From Raillietiella orientalis (taxonomy: Eukaryota): a DNA stretch of 64,000 nucleotides. The notes below the pieces were generated by a model. The model did no database searches. It had not been told where the DNA came from and was given only the letters and a program-made list of their open reading frames with translations. Positions 35,401 through 47,400 of this stretch are shown in pieces. The stretch is from positions 124,001 to 188,000 of the forward strand of contig JAYWIR010000003.1 in the NCBI GenBank assembly GCA_036172245.1. Reading direction: 5' to 3'. A program made the translations under genes and the position numbers. Positions within the stretch are counted from its first letter, which is position 1, and the number at the start of each line of letters is the position of its first letter.

Positions 35401-38400
35401 TCGGGGAATCTCTTCATGGTCACTGACCTCGAGCAGCTGTGGAGAAAGGTCAATATTGGCCGTCTGACGGCGTGGTGCGAATTGGCTGTCTACCGACCTC
35501 TTGAGGGGTGGGTGGGGGCGAGAAAAAGGGGGAGAGGGAATAGCGAATATCCTCCCTTTTCCGTTCTCCCCCTTTCCTCCCACTGCAACCTCAGACCAGG
35601 GCGCTGTGAATTCCGGCGTTCTCCCTCTGTTCCTCTCCCACTCCATTATCATATTCTCCTCGGATCCATCCCTTTCGAGCCTTTCTTGCGGCTCAGGAAA
35701 TGGCACCCTGGAGGAATCCAGCATCCATCTCCGGAGGAACCAGAGCGAAAGCACGTGCGTTCGATCTCTGCAGCATCCACGGGATGATTGAGGGTCCCGG
35801 TCGATTATTCCGCAGCATCCGGCATCCTTCAGCCCCTTCGTCGCCGCGTAAGCGGCGTGGGTCAGGAAACCCGCGGTATTTTTGAGAAGAGACGATCCTG
35901 TGGGCCCCGGAAAAATGGGGTTCCGCGACGGGGAACCGCCTGCCTCAGGATAGCTCACCGTAGCCGGGGTCATCGCGCTGAAGAAAAGAAGAGCGACACT
36001 GCTGCAGCCCCACGGCCTGCGCTCCAACACCAACGCTCAGAGAAAGACAATAAAAAAAAGGGCAGAATCCGGCTGCCGAAAGATGTTGGGACGCGGTCTC
36101 CGATCCTCGCTCTTCCCCTTCCTTCCGAAGGCCGGGAGAAGGCTTTCGGGAGGAAGAGGAAGAGAGAGGCGGAGGACCATGCTGCGCCTATCTTCGGAAG
36201 GAGGTGTCCCCTCGAACCCAATAAAGAGCGAGAGAGCGCCAGCTCCTGGAGAGATCTGCAGCTTCCCAAGCACCCAGGAAGCAGGGCACAGTTCGCCGGC
36301 CTCTCTCGATTCTGTCCGTGGACCCTGAGGAGAAGGCACGCGCGCACACTCTCTCCGTCGCCGAGGCCATCGGCGTGGCGCGGGGTGCTGGCGTGCGCCC
36401 CCGCCACGGAACGCCCACCCTGCTGCAACCCATAGACGCGGCCTGAGCTTTCCGCTCCCCTCTCCCACCCCACCCTGCCCCACTTTCTTTTTGTAGGTGT
36501 TTTTCTACGTCTTTCTCTCGATTGGTCAACGGGGAAGGCAGCAGCTCAGCCTGTAGGAAGCGAGCGGAACTCTGGGGAAGCGAACGCGATGTTCCTCTTC
36601 TTCGCCCTCCTCCTTCTTCCTCTCCCCCCCCCCTCCGGCCAAGTTTGATGCCTTCCTCGTGCTCGGATGCTTTCCGAACGTGCAGAGTGACCAATCCTCC
36701 CCCGCCTTCGCCGACTCCGAAGAACCCCCGTCCCCGGGACTCGACGATCGGAAACGACGCGGGCGGACGTCGCCTTCCGGAGAGGAGGACGCACGCACTC
36801 CGCGCGAGCCCTTCGGAGCGCGCCGGGGTCCAGGAATGAGGACTAACGGGTTCGCCTCCTCCCGACACGCGAAATCTTCGCGCCCGCTGCGGCGAACTCC
36901 TGAGCCGACTGCGGGGCGCAGGAAGGAACGGACGGGTCCACGTCAAGCGGTTCTGGGGACCGGAAACGGGGAGTACCAGAGGTAGCGGGGACGAGGAACG
37001 GGACAGTGGCAGACCGGAATCCTTCGGACCTCAGAAAGGAGGCTGGAGGGACAGAGGACACCCCACTCCCTCTCGCCCTGTGAGACGGACCGCTTCCGGT
37101 TGGCTGCAATGACACTGCCGATAGCACGGACCGAGGAAATCGGCTAAGGGGAAGGAAGGACGGAGAAGGAAGAGGAGGAAGAAAGGAGGAGGAGGAAAAG
37201 GAAGGGGGAAGAGAGGAGGAAATAGAGGAAGGGATGAGAGGGAAAAGAAGAGGAGAAGGAGGAAGAGGAAAGGAAGAGAGAGAATGAAATGAAGAGGAGG
37301 AAATACAAGAGAAAAGGAGGAACAGCGTGCACAATCCTCATCTCGAACCACCGTTCCAGGCAGGAAGAGTTCCCTCTTCCCTACCGCTGCCGCGTCTGTC
37401 GCAGGCGCACTGGGAAGACATCGGCGATGCGCGTGCCACAGAGGGGCCAGAAGGGAAGATTCTCGCCCACTCCGGGAACTGCTGGCGCGTGGGGGCGTCA
37501 GGGAGGATGGGAGAGCGAGCGAGGTGGCGAGACGAGCGGAGAAGAAGTGGACGCAGCATGCCGTGCGTCCTGGACGCAAACATTGCCCGAGGGCGCGAAA
37601 GGAGGGTCAAAGGCAAGGCGGCGAATCCTATGCGAAAGAATCCCGGAGGCTTCAGGGTCGGCAAAGGTCGTAGCGAGACAGGGAGAGCCCACGACCTCCC
37701 TGGTCGTCTCGCACGAGTCAGTCCCCCTCGGGATCTCCTATCCGCGGCATCTCCAGAGGAAACCCGGAAATTACCAAGTGAGCAACCAGAAGGGTTCTTG
37801 CTGGGAAGTCAAGGGCAGGAGCGGGAAGAAGATGGGCGACGGGGAAGGTCCGACCAGCTGGTTCATCCCAGGGAGAGGGGGAATTATGCACCTTTGTTCC
37901 TGGTCGCGCGTTACCCCCAGCCCCGCGGGCTCTCCCTCCTCTGAATAGAGCAGTCTTCGAGGACTGTTGGCGCCCTTGCTTCCCCGTCTTGACTCCCGCC
38001 GTCACTGCGGCTCGCAAACCGAGCGCGGCGGTGGCACGCCGTCTGTCGGCGAGGACGCACCTCCTCCTCCTTCCCCCTCCCTCTTAGCCCTCCCGCGGAG
38101 GCGCTCTCCCCCCACTCCGGAGACGGGAGCGAACCAGCTCGTCTTCCTGAGATGCGCCCGAGATGGAGTCGACTCGTTTCGTGGCAACTGGGGGAGCAAG
38201 ACCCGATCCAGGAGGAGGAGGAGGCTCGGAGCACGGAACCTAGGAGCGCGTTCCTCCAAGGAGAGAACACCCGGACCCAGGCACGCAGAGCGTGCGTGCG
38301 TGCTCTCGTGCTCGCGTGCGGGCGGCGCGGAACTCGTGCTGCTGCTGCTGCAGCCGCCACCTCCCCCCCTCCTCGCCTGCTTTATCCGGGAGGGAGCGGA

Positions 38401-41400
38401 GGAGAGCTCCAGGACATCCCGTTCCTCCTGGAGCTCGGCGGCGCGCCTTCTCATGCTCCCCTCACCGGCGTCCAGCGCATTCCGGGAGCGCGCGGTGGCC
38501 ATTGGAAGCGATCCCCGCGGCCGGACCGTTCTCCCCGCCGAAGACATTCGGGTTCCAAGGATCGCGGAGCCTCGAGGGAAGGCTCACGGGCGAGTCATGG
38601 AGACCGCATTCCACTCGAGGGGACCTGCTAGGAGAAGACGTGCTGTTGCCGGGCTGTGACGTCAGCAGTAAGATGGAGGAAGTGATTAATAATCGATCCT
38701 CGTTCATCCGGGTTCGACTCACGAATTGCGGTCGAAGGCGGAGCCGGCGCGGGAAGAGAGGGAATAGGAGGAGGGGAGGGAGGGAAATAGGCGGCGGCCG
38801 ACGCGGCGGTTAGGGGAGAAAGATGGTCCCAGAGAATCGATTAAGCTAGGAGGAGATTTCGCCGGGGATTACCGGGACGCACGCTTGGTGGCACCGTCGC
38901 AAAGTTCCCAATGACGTGAGCGCCGCGGCTAACCGAACCCGCGCGGGTACCGGCCGCAGATGAAGCAAGGAAGGAAGGCGGGGAGGAGGAACGAAGCGGT
39001 ACGGTTGCCAGAGAACCCCGGAGGGAACGTCAACCCTCTCCGCTGCCGCCTTCCTCCCTCCCCTTTCCAACGCTCCGGATGAGCCCCCGCCTTCCTTCTC
39101 CCTTCTTTGGGAACATCGGGCCGAGGGAAACCCCAAAGCCCTAGGGAGCGGCGCTCCCGAGTACTCAGAACGATACGGCGGACGGGAGGAAGCCAGGAAC
39201 GGGACACGCCACCGATCGAACCGCCGACTTCCTCCCCCGCCCACGCGCGAGACGCCTCTCGGTGGGGAGGGGGCGCAGACGCCTCTCCCCTACTTCTTTC
39301 TCTCTTCTCCCCTTCCACCTTCCTCCTGGAGAATGCTCTGTGGGTTCCAGCGACCCAAGAAGGCGACTCCCCTCCGAAGAGGGAGTATCGGGAGCGGCGC
39401 TTTCTTGGAGGCATTCTAGGACTTCTGTCTTTCTGGACGCCCGATGGGGAAAAGAGCGCTCTTCCCGGAGGGCGCCTTCGTCATCTCGTTTTTGTCCCTT
39501 TAAGAGATCCGAGGTAGGTCTCTGTCTCCAGGCTGCTCTGGACTGGTGGGAGCGACAGGTGGGCGGGAGAGAGAAGATTTCCCGCGCCCGTGAGCACCCC
39601 GGGATGGAGGCGACGATTCACCCGCCCATGGAGGCTTCCTTTCCTGAAGACGAACGGGAAGATAGGATGGGCGAACTTTCCCTCCCCGAGATGCTTCGGG
39701 GTAGCAGAGAAGGAACGGAGGAGCTTCCAGCCTCTGGACCCCTGGGAGCGCTATGGCTTTCAGAGGGGAGTCTGGGGGTCACATCGTCGCGGTCCCTGGG
39801 CTTCAAGCAGTCATAACTCGAGTTTTCACAATCCCGGATGTCTCTCTTCCTCCCCCACAGGATCTCCTGTCAGAGCCTGGCTCCACGGGGTAGGCCACTG
39901 ACCCTCTTCCCTTCCTCTGGTGGCCTCTGGAGCGTTTTAAAAGGTCAGGTGGTCAGGAAGATCGGGAAGTCCCCGTCGCGCTGCATTTCCCCGTGGCCAC
40001 GTTCCCGGACCCGCCGCAAGTCAGGGCCCTCCCTTCGAGCACGCACCCGTGAGCCAGCAGGAATCAGAAAGGGGAGGATTTGGAATAGAGGAGTGAGGGT
40101 GTGTGGGAGGAGGGGAAGTTCGGAAGGTGCCATGGGGCGCGGGCAGGGGAGGCGGCGGCTCCCAGCGCGCCCCACCTCGGAGGCTCATGCGAGGCAGAGG
40201 CTGTGCCAGAGCCAGAGGAGCTTCCTCTGTTCCCCACCCTACTTCTCCCCCCTCCCCTATTCTTGGAAGTTGCTATGAAAACCGCTCCTGCTTCGTCTCG
40301 GCTAACGTCCCGCAAGTGGACTCCCGGGGTCTTCGCGGTCCGGGAGGCTGCTAGCATGAGGGGAGGAGTGGTCCCCTCCCCGTCAAGGTGAAGGAGGGAG
40401 GAGAGAGGAGCCATCAGCAGCCGTGAGTTTCCCTCCCCCTTCCTCCCCCCCTTAGTCCGTCCTCGCCGAAGAGGGGGAGGGGAGGCAGACACGGGGAACG
40501 AACAGCCGCTGCGTCCCCTGGAAACGCCGCGGACTCTTCTGACAGCATCCTGGAAGCTCCAGCCACGAGCGCTCCTCCTTCTTTCCCACCCGGTCGGATT
40601 CCCGCCCCTTTCCCCCCCGCCCACCGGGAGCGGCGGAGGAGCGTCCCAGGAGCTCCGTCGAAAGAGTCCCGGAGGAGCCGCCGGCTTCCGGGCTACTCCC
40701 TCTCCGGCAAGCAGCGGACGGAGATGAATGCTGCGTAAAGGCAGGGAGGAGGATTGGGAAGGGGGCAGCGCCTGAGATGCGCGCGCGACGCCAGCGAGAG
40801 TTGCTGAAGGGCTCTCCCCTCTGGACCATGAACGCTCTTCTCCTGACAAAGGGTTGAGGTCGGGACCTCCACGTTCGGGACCTACGGGGTCATAGCCCTT
40901 ACCTCCCATCTCCGATGGCGGCTCTCGGGGAGGGGAGAAAATCCCAGGAACTTAAGAAGCCCAGCTCCGACCTCGCACGCGCCCCTCCCTGCCGCCTCGA
41001 GGGCAGGTGCCTTGCCTGGTTATCTCCCCAGCGCGGGGTCGGTAGACCTTGCTCGAAGACAGATCACCGACGGGTCCGGAAGAACCCCTTGCGGCGAACG
41101 GAGCCGGCGCCTCCAGGAATCTTCCGGATGCAGGCTGTCTGGCTGAGCGGGCGATCCAAGAAGAGTCGCCTGGAGGATGTCGGGGCTTCTCGGAGACTTC
41201 CACTCCCCGAGACTGCGGCTCCTGGCCCCTGTCCGCAGCTTCTCTTCCGTTGCAGCAGAGACAAAAAGAGCGACTCCTGCCAGGCGCTCTTCGGATCTGC
41301 CGATTCCGGCCCCTCCCTCCTTCCCAAAGGCGGAGCGTCCGCTGAGGTCCAGGAGAAGCGGCAGTCAGACTACAGGGTGGGCGAGGAGGCCGGGCAGGAA

Positions 41401-44400
41401 TCACTCTGAGCTCCAGGGGCCTCGTCCGATGCCCTCGAGGCAGCTCTTTGGATTCCCCACCATGCTGTGGCGATGCTGACCCGTCTTTCGAAGGGAGAGG
41501 AGGGGGAAGGAGGGACAGGATGGGGCTTTTTCCGGAGCAGGGGAGCTTCTCCCGGGAAGGCAGGAAGTTAGGCAGAGATTTCCGAGGGGAAGGCAGGATG
41601 GGAAGTGGGAATTTCCTTCACGGGGGGAAGTCCAGCCGCCGGCATCCTCCTGCAGGAAAATGCTGGAGACCCGGAAGGTGCACGTGACCAGAGCAGAGCA
41701 GAGCAGCAAGGGAGGAGGCGGAGAAGCGGCCCCTGGACTCTCCTTGACCTTCTCAGGGAGCGATGTGGAGCGGGGCGGAGGCAGCCTTCCTCCACTCCCC
41801 TGGAAGACAAGGAAGTCTGCCAGGAAGGGTCCCATGCGAGCTGAGGCCTGGGGGCAGCTGGAGCACAGACGGGGCGCAGCGTCCTATTCGGCCTCGGGAC
41901 ACTCGAGAGTGGAGTTGATCTGCTGCCGTCTCCAGGAAGACTCCCTCCCTGTCAGGAGGGGCGGGATGAAGGTGCAGGTCCCCATCCACTCGGTGGTCTG
42001 GTGCGTTGGTCCCGGACGGGATAAGGAGGGAGAGCTTTGGTAAACCCCCACTGGCGGCGGAGAAATCCGAGGTCGCGGACGCGACAAGGAAGAGGTGAGC
42101 AGCGGGAATCCGTGGTCACGAAGCAAGCATGTGCGAGCCCACGGAGGCCGTTTCGATGGCAATGGGAGGGACTGCTCGTAAAAGCCGATCCTCTGCTTCT
42201 CCTAGAGGAACCCGTCTGGGTTCCGGCTGCGGGCACGCGAGGGGGAAGAGCGATCAGGGAAGGCCCCCTTTTTTCCCCGGCGAGAGGGAGGTGCGCTGCG
42301 GGAAGCGCCAAAGGGGAACTCCAGGAGCAGCAAGAGAGGCGGGGTGGAGGGACCTTCAGCGGGAGGCCAAGAGCGGGAAGCCGGACCTCCGCAGAGGAAG
42401 GGGGAGCGTCTCCGGCGTCTCCCCTTCGACCTCTCTTCCGCGGACTGACTGAGGGGAGAGCATCAGGGGCGGGGCGGAGGATCTCCCTTCGAAAGGGGGC
42501 TCCGGGATGGCAGGGGAGGGAAAATCAGGAAGCGAAATGAGAGAGTCCATTAACCTGGGAATCTGCTGGGAAAGCGCGTCCAGGCTGTCCGTCAGCGAGC
42601 CCACCGACTTCTCGAAGGGTCTGGAAGGACTCAAGGACATCGACCCGGGGCAGGAGCTGAGATCGCCACCGGCCCTCCGCCGCTTCTTGCCTCTTCCCCG
42701 GCGGATGGCGTGCACCCGGAAAAAAAAAACGTTGGACATGCTCGCAGGAGGGGCTTGCGGGAATCTGTTCCGGAGGGGGCGCGCGCTCCCGGGACTCGGG
42801 GCCGCCCGACTGTGCGGTCAAGAAATGCGCAATCTAAAAAACAGGAAAGCAAATCAGAAGGGAGGAAGGGAGGAGAAGGAGGAAAGGAGGGGAAAGAGGA
42901 AGAAAAAGGGAGGAAGGGTAGAGGATGAGGAAGAGAGGGTGGAAGGGAAAGGAGGAGGAGGAAGAAGGAAAGGAGGAAAGGGATGGGTAGGGAAAGATGG
43001 GACGTAGGGGGTTGGGAGGAAAGGCGTTCCACCAGGCTGTTTCCCGTCTTGACCCCAGCTTTGCGCGCGCTCCACTTGGAGGGCGCTACCTCCTCCGTCT
43101 CTCCTCCTCCTCCTCCCTCCCTTGACCTCGAGAGAAAGGGTGGAGGAGAAACGCCTCCCCCTTTTCCCTTCCTGGCCACTCCCAGCATCCCTCTCCTCCT
43201 CGAGTTCCAATCGTTCTTCCCTCTAGGAAGGATCTCGTCGCCTCTCCCTCCGATTGCAGAGATCCCAGATGCTCAGGGGGACTCCGGGAGGAGAGGATGG
43301 GAATGGGAGGGTTGCAGTTCTCTCCTGAAGGGGAGAAAGAGTCCTGCCTTCGTCTGCAAGAACCTGATCTTCATCCCCTCTAAAATCCCGCCTGGAGTCT
43401 GGTCCGGTCCTCCGCGTTACCGGATCCCTCAGGGAGCGGGGGAGAAGGGGAATTCGCCTGGACGGCATATCTCCCTTCGATTGGGAGAACGAGCAAGAGG
43501 AGACCTGCTCTTATATGGAGGGGAGGAGAGGAGATGCCGAGAGGACCCTCCAACAAGCAGGCGGGAACGATGGGTGGGGAGCAGGGTGTGGGGCAGGAGG
43601 GAATCCTCCAGAGCGGGGGAAGGGGCAGGCTTCGGGAGGAGGTTTTGGAGGACTCACGCATCGTTTGAGGAAGCTCGGGGGAGAGTGATGGGGAGAGACG
43701 GAAGGGGAACGGAGAGTTGCCCTCTTCCCTCCTGCTCCCTGGCCCTCACCCTCGGAAAGATAGAAGAAAATGCTCTCACCCCAAAGGAAAGTGGCCTCGG
43801 CCTCCGCGACCCTCTCGCCGCCGGCTGCCGGAGCGCGAGAGCGCATAAAATAGCACCGTCACCACCGGGCTGGCATCGCCGTGACGAGCGCGGAGATCGA
43901 GGAAGACTCGCTCGCTCGTCCGGGCTCTTTCTGTCATGCGCAGCCTCTCGGCGGAGCGTGCGCGACCGGCACACTGCTGAGCTCGCGGCCTCAACGGCCG
44001 GCCGGGAGGAAGGGAACTGCGCTCGCGTCCCCACCTCGCCCCCTTCCTCGCCTCTGCAGGCAGGGGAAGGTGGACGCGCGTGAACGACGTGCCGTACCTT
44101 CTTGGATGAAGCGCCGGCAAATGCACACAGGATGTGCATTTCGGGGGAGGGGAAGAGGAGAATGTAGGTGCAAGGACGTGCCATGGTGCAGGAGCAAGAG
44201 GGGAGGGGGCCGAGACGCACCCATGTAGAAGTGCCTTACGACTCCACTTCAGGGTTCCAGATGGAGACATGAGCCCCACGACCGGGCGGTAAGCAGGAAA
44301 GGACGCCAGACTCAGGGCTGTCCTTTCCATCTCTTCCTCCCTCCCTTCTTCCCGTCCGATCAACCCACGCCCAGTCTGCTCGAGGCTGCGCGTCCTGCGA

Positions 44401-47400
44401 AGGGACCCCTGGGAGTTCCAGTGGCATGCCTCAGAAGGCACATCCCAACAAAACGACGGCCGGAAGAGGGGGAAGCAAGGGAGATAACATTTTTTCTGGA
44501 CGATCAGTTCACGCCTCCATGTTTCCGGAAGCGCAAGGAGAGTGCCTCAGGGAGAAAGGAGCTTCCAAACGCGCACACTTCTGAAAAGGAAAGGAGAGAG
44601 GAAGGAATGAAGAAAAGGAGGAGGAGGAAGAAGGGGAAGGCAGGAAGAGGAGAGAGAGCGTAGCGTTCCTGAGGCACCCTTGGACAGAACCTTTCCTGTT
44701 GCTTTCCTCCCCAGTGCTCCTTACGTTTCTCTTGCTTGTACCGCCCTATCCCACATTCTTTCCCCTGTCGCTCCCTCTCCTGAACTCCCGCCGTGCACCC
44801 CCGCCGGAAGTGCTGTACCCTCCTGGTCCCGGCTTCTTGACCACCTCTTCTTTGAGGAGAGGCAGGGGTTCCTCACGCCACGCGAGCAGGCGGCAGTGGC
44901 GATCGATGCGGCGGTAAGAGGGAACCTTCCTCGCTTGTCTCCACCGATATCTTCCCGGTGTCGCGGAAAGGATGAGCGAGGGAAGGAGGAACGAGGGAGA
45001 CGGGCCAGGGTGTGAAGGAAGGGGGGGGGGGGGAAAGAAGAGCGAAGCGACTTGGGATTCTGGTGCTCCTGCACTCGTGGTAGAGAGAGCACACCCAGTC
45101 TCTACCGGGGAGGATACTCCACCCTGGGGAAAGGGAGACCCCAATACCCCCAGCCTCGCCGTCATGGGACGCATCCCTTCCCGTATTCTCCTCCTGCGGC
45201 GCAGAGCCGCGAGAAGCGGGGAAGGGGAATAGAGGGTTCCGAGCCTCCTCGTGGAGCTCCTGGGAACGCCCCAGGGAGAACGGGAAGAAGGAGCGCAGGG
45301 TAGGAGGGGGAGTTTACGGTAAGGGAGGGGGAGAGGGAACCTGCGGATCTCGCTGAGAGAGATAGGTTCCAAGGTCTCCCTCTGTCTCTGTCAACGGGAG
45401 GAAGAGGCTTCTGGGAAGTGGCGACCACGGGAAGATCGCGGGAGGGTCAGTGCAGGAGAGTGGACGAGGGAAAGGAGTGAAGGCCAGCGCCAACGCTCCA
45501 CCTCCTCCCTTGCTACTACTCTCTGTCAGGACCCTTCGCCCTGAATTCCCCCGCCGCCGGGAAGGTCAGCGAGGAAGAGAAAGCACTGGATTTGCTGGGC
45601 GCTTTTTCCTTAAGCTCTTCCTGATTCCTTCTCCTCCTAGTCGCCTTGGGGCGCCTCCTTTCCTCTTGAAACTCTCCGATCGGCTCTCGGAGGCATTACG
45701 CCGGACAAAGACCGCGCTCGGATCCATTCCCAAGAGAGCAGCGGAGTCTCCCGGAGCTCCGGCAGGGCGCGCCTTCGGGCCCGATCACTGGAGCGGGGTG
45801 CGAGTCGAGCCCACCTCTTCTCCTTCCCCGTGCGAGGGGGGGGGGGGGGTAATGGAGAAGGAAGAGTAGAATCCACGTCCGCGGGAGGCAGGACGGCCTC
45901 GAGGGAAGAACGCGGTTGTGAGGAGGGATCCGGTGGGGAAGCGCACGGAAGATGAATATCCTCTCCCCACACTCCACGACGAAGGCATCACCCGTAGCGA
46001 AGAGGAAATCGGGGGAGCCCTTCTCCCGATTTAGGGGTAGGGGGGTAGCGAAGGTGGCCGCCGCGCTCTCGCCTGACGCGCGGCGTGTCCCGCGCAGAGC
46101 ACGCCCTTGGCACTGTGCGATCCACAGGCGTTGCGGGTTCGGCATCGCGGGGAAACCCTACCGCCGCCGCAGCAGCAGCAGCTTCGAAGCGTCCCTGCCC
46201 TCTCGAGCTTTGTCCCCCGTGGATCTCGGGAATCCGGAAGAGCAGGGGAGGGGAGGGGGAAGAGGAATCGAGGGGGGAAAAATGGAAAAAAGAAAAAGCG
46301 GAAGATCACGCCCGCGAGCCTACAGCGGCCCGCGGGTCTTTCCGCTAGCGAGCCACTTGAGATTTGGACAACGCGGAGCGCATCGACAATGCAGGAAAAA
46401 GGGGGTGTGGAGAGGGTCACTTTCACTTTCTAAAAATTTTCGTGCGGATTAAAAATTGATCCTCCAGAAAACAGATCAGCAAGGCCGGAGGGAGGCACGG
46501 CGACGGCTGAGGTCGATACTGCCGCCCTCCCGGGAGATTTCTCTCGCGTTCGCTCACCCCACATTACCACCCTTCCGTCCTCACTCGCTCTTCTCCCCGC
46601 TTACCCTTCTCTTCCCGGCAGGCCGTCGCCCCGCCTGTTCGCACAAGCAGACCGGGGAAGGGGCGTTGGTAGGGGCGGAGGTACGCGCACCCTTCGACCA
46701 GGAGGGAGGTGACCCTCCCTTCTTCGACGATGAACTCGACCTGCTCTTCCCTTCTGCACCCGTTGGCCGTGGGAACCCGCCCTGAAGGGGAGGGGGGAGC
46801 AGCAGCGCCGGGACTCGGAACGGGCGGTGCCATCAGAAAGGGAGGGAGGGGGAGAACCAACGAAGAAGGGTAGCCCTCCCTCCCATCCTCCCTGCGGAGA
46901 CCCTTCATCCTGCCCCATTTCGAGGGCCCAGGAGGGTCCCTCTCCTGTTGGGGACCTCCCACTTCACACCCTCGCGGAAGGAGGCCGTTCTCTGTCAGGT
47001 GACTGGCGGGCCGAGGTTCCGCGGGATGGGGAGGGGAAGCCCACGGCCCTTCCCACCTCGCATTCTCCTCCTCTCCCCACCTCACCCTCCTAGGAAGTGA
47101 CCTTTTCTCCGGAGGAGAGGTAACAGGCCGGCCTGCGCCCGGAGGCCTCAGGCAGCGCGACCCCACAGGCGGGCGCCACTCCCAGGGGGGGCAGAAGGCA
47201 CGCGCGACGACTGGTGTCCGAGCAGGACCGGCTCTGCCACCAGGGGCGACCAAGACAGAGCCAGGATCGCTCCTCGCAGCCGGTAGGTCCCCCTCGCCCC
47301 CCGGAGGTAGGAACGGGGCTACCTCGGGACCCCCCGAACTCTACCGCTCAGGAGAGCAGCTCTGCTGGGAGCGCCCTTCCCTCTAGGGAGAGAGGCAGAG

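Noticed and set aside
44098..44330. AAG|gtacgg donor with upstream ATGs as another first exon
   Set aside because: All three frames are open and none is distinguishable from chance
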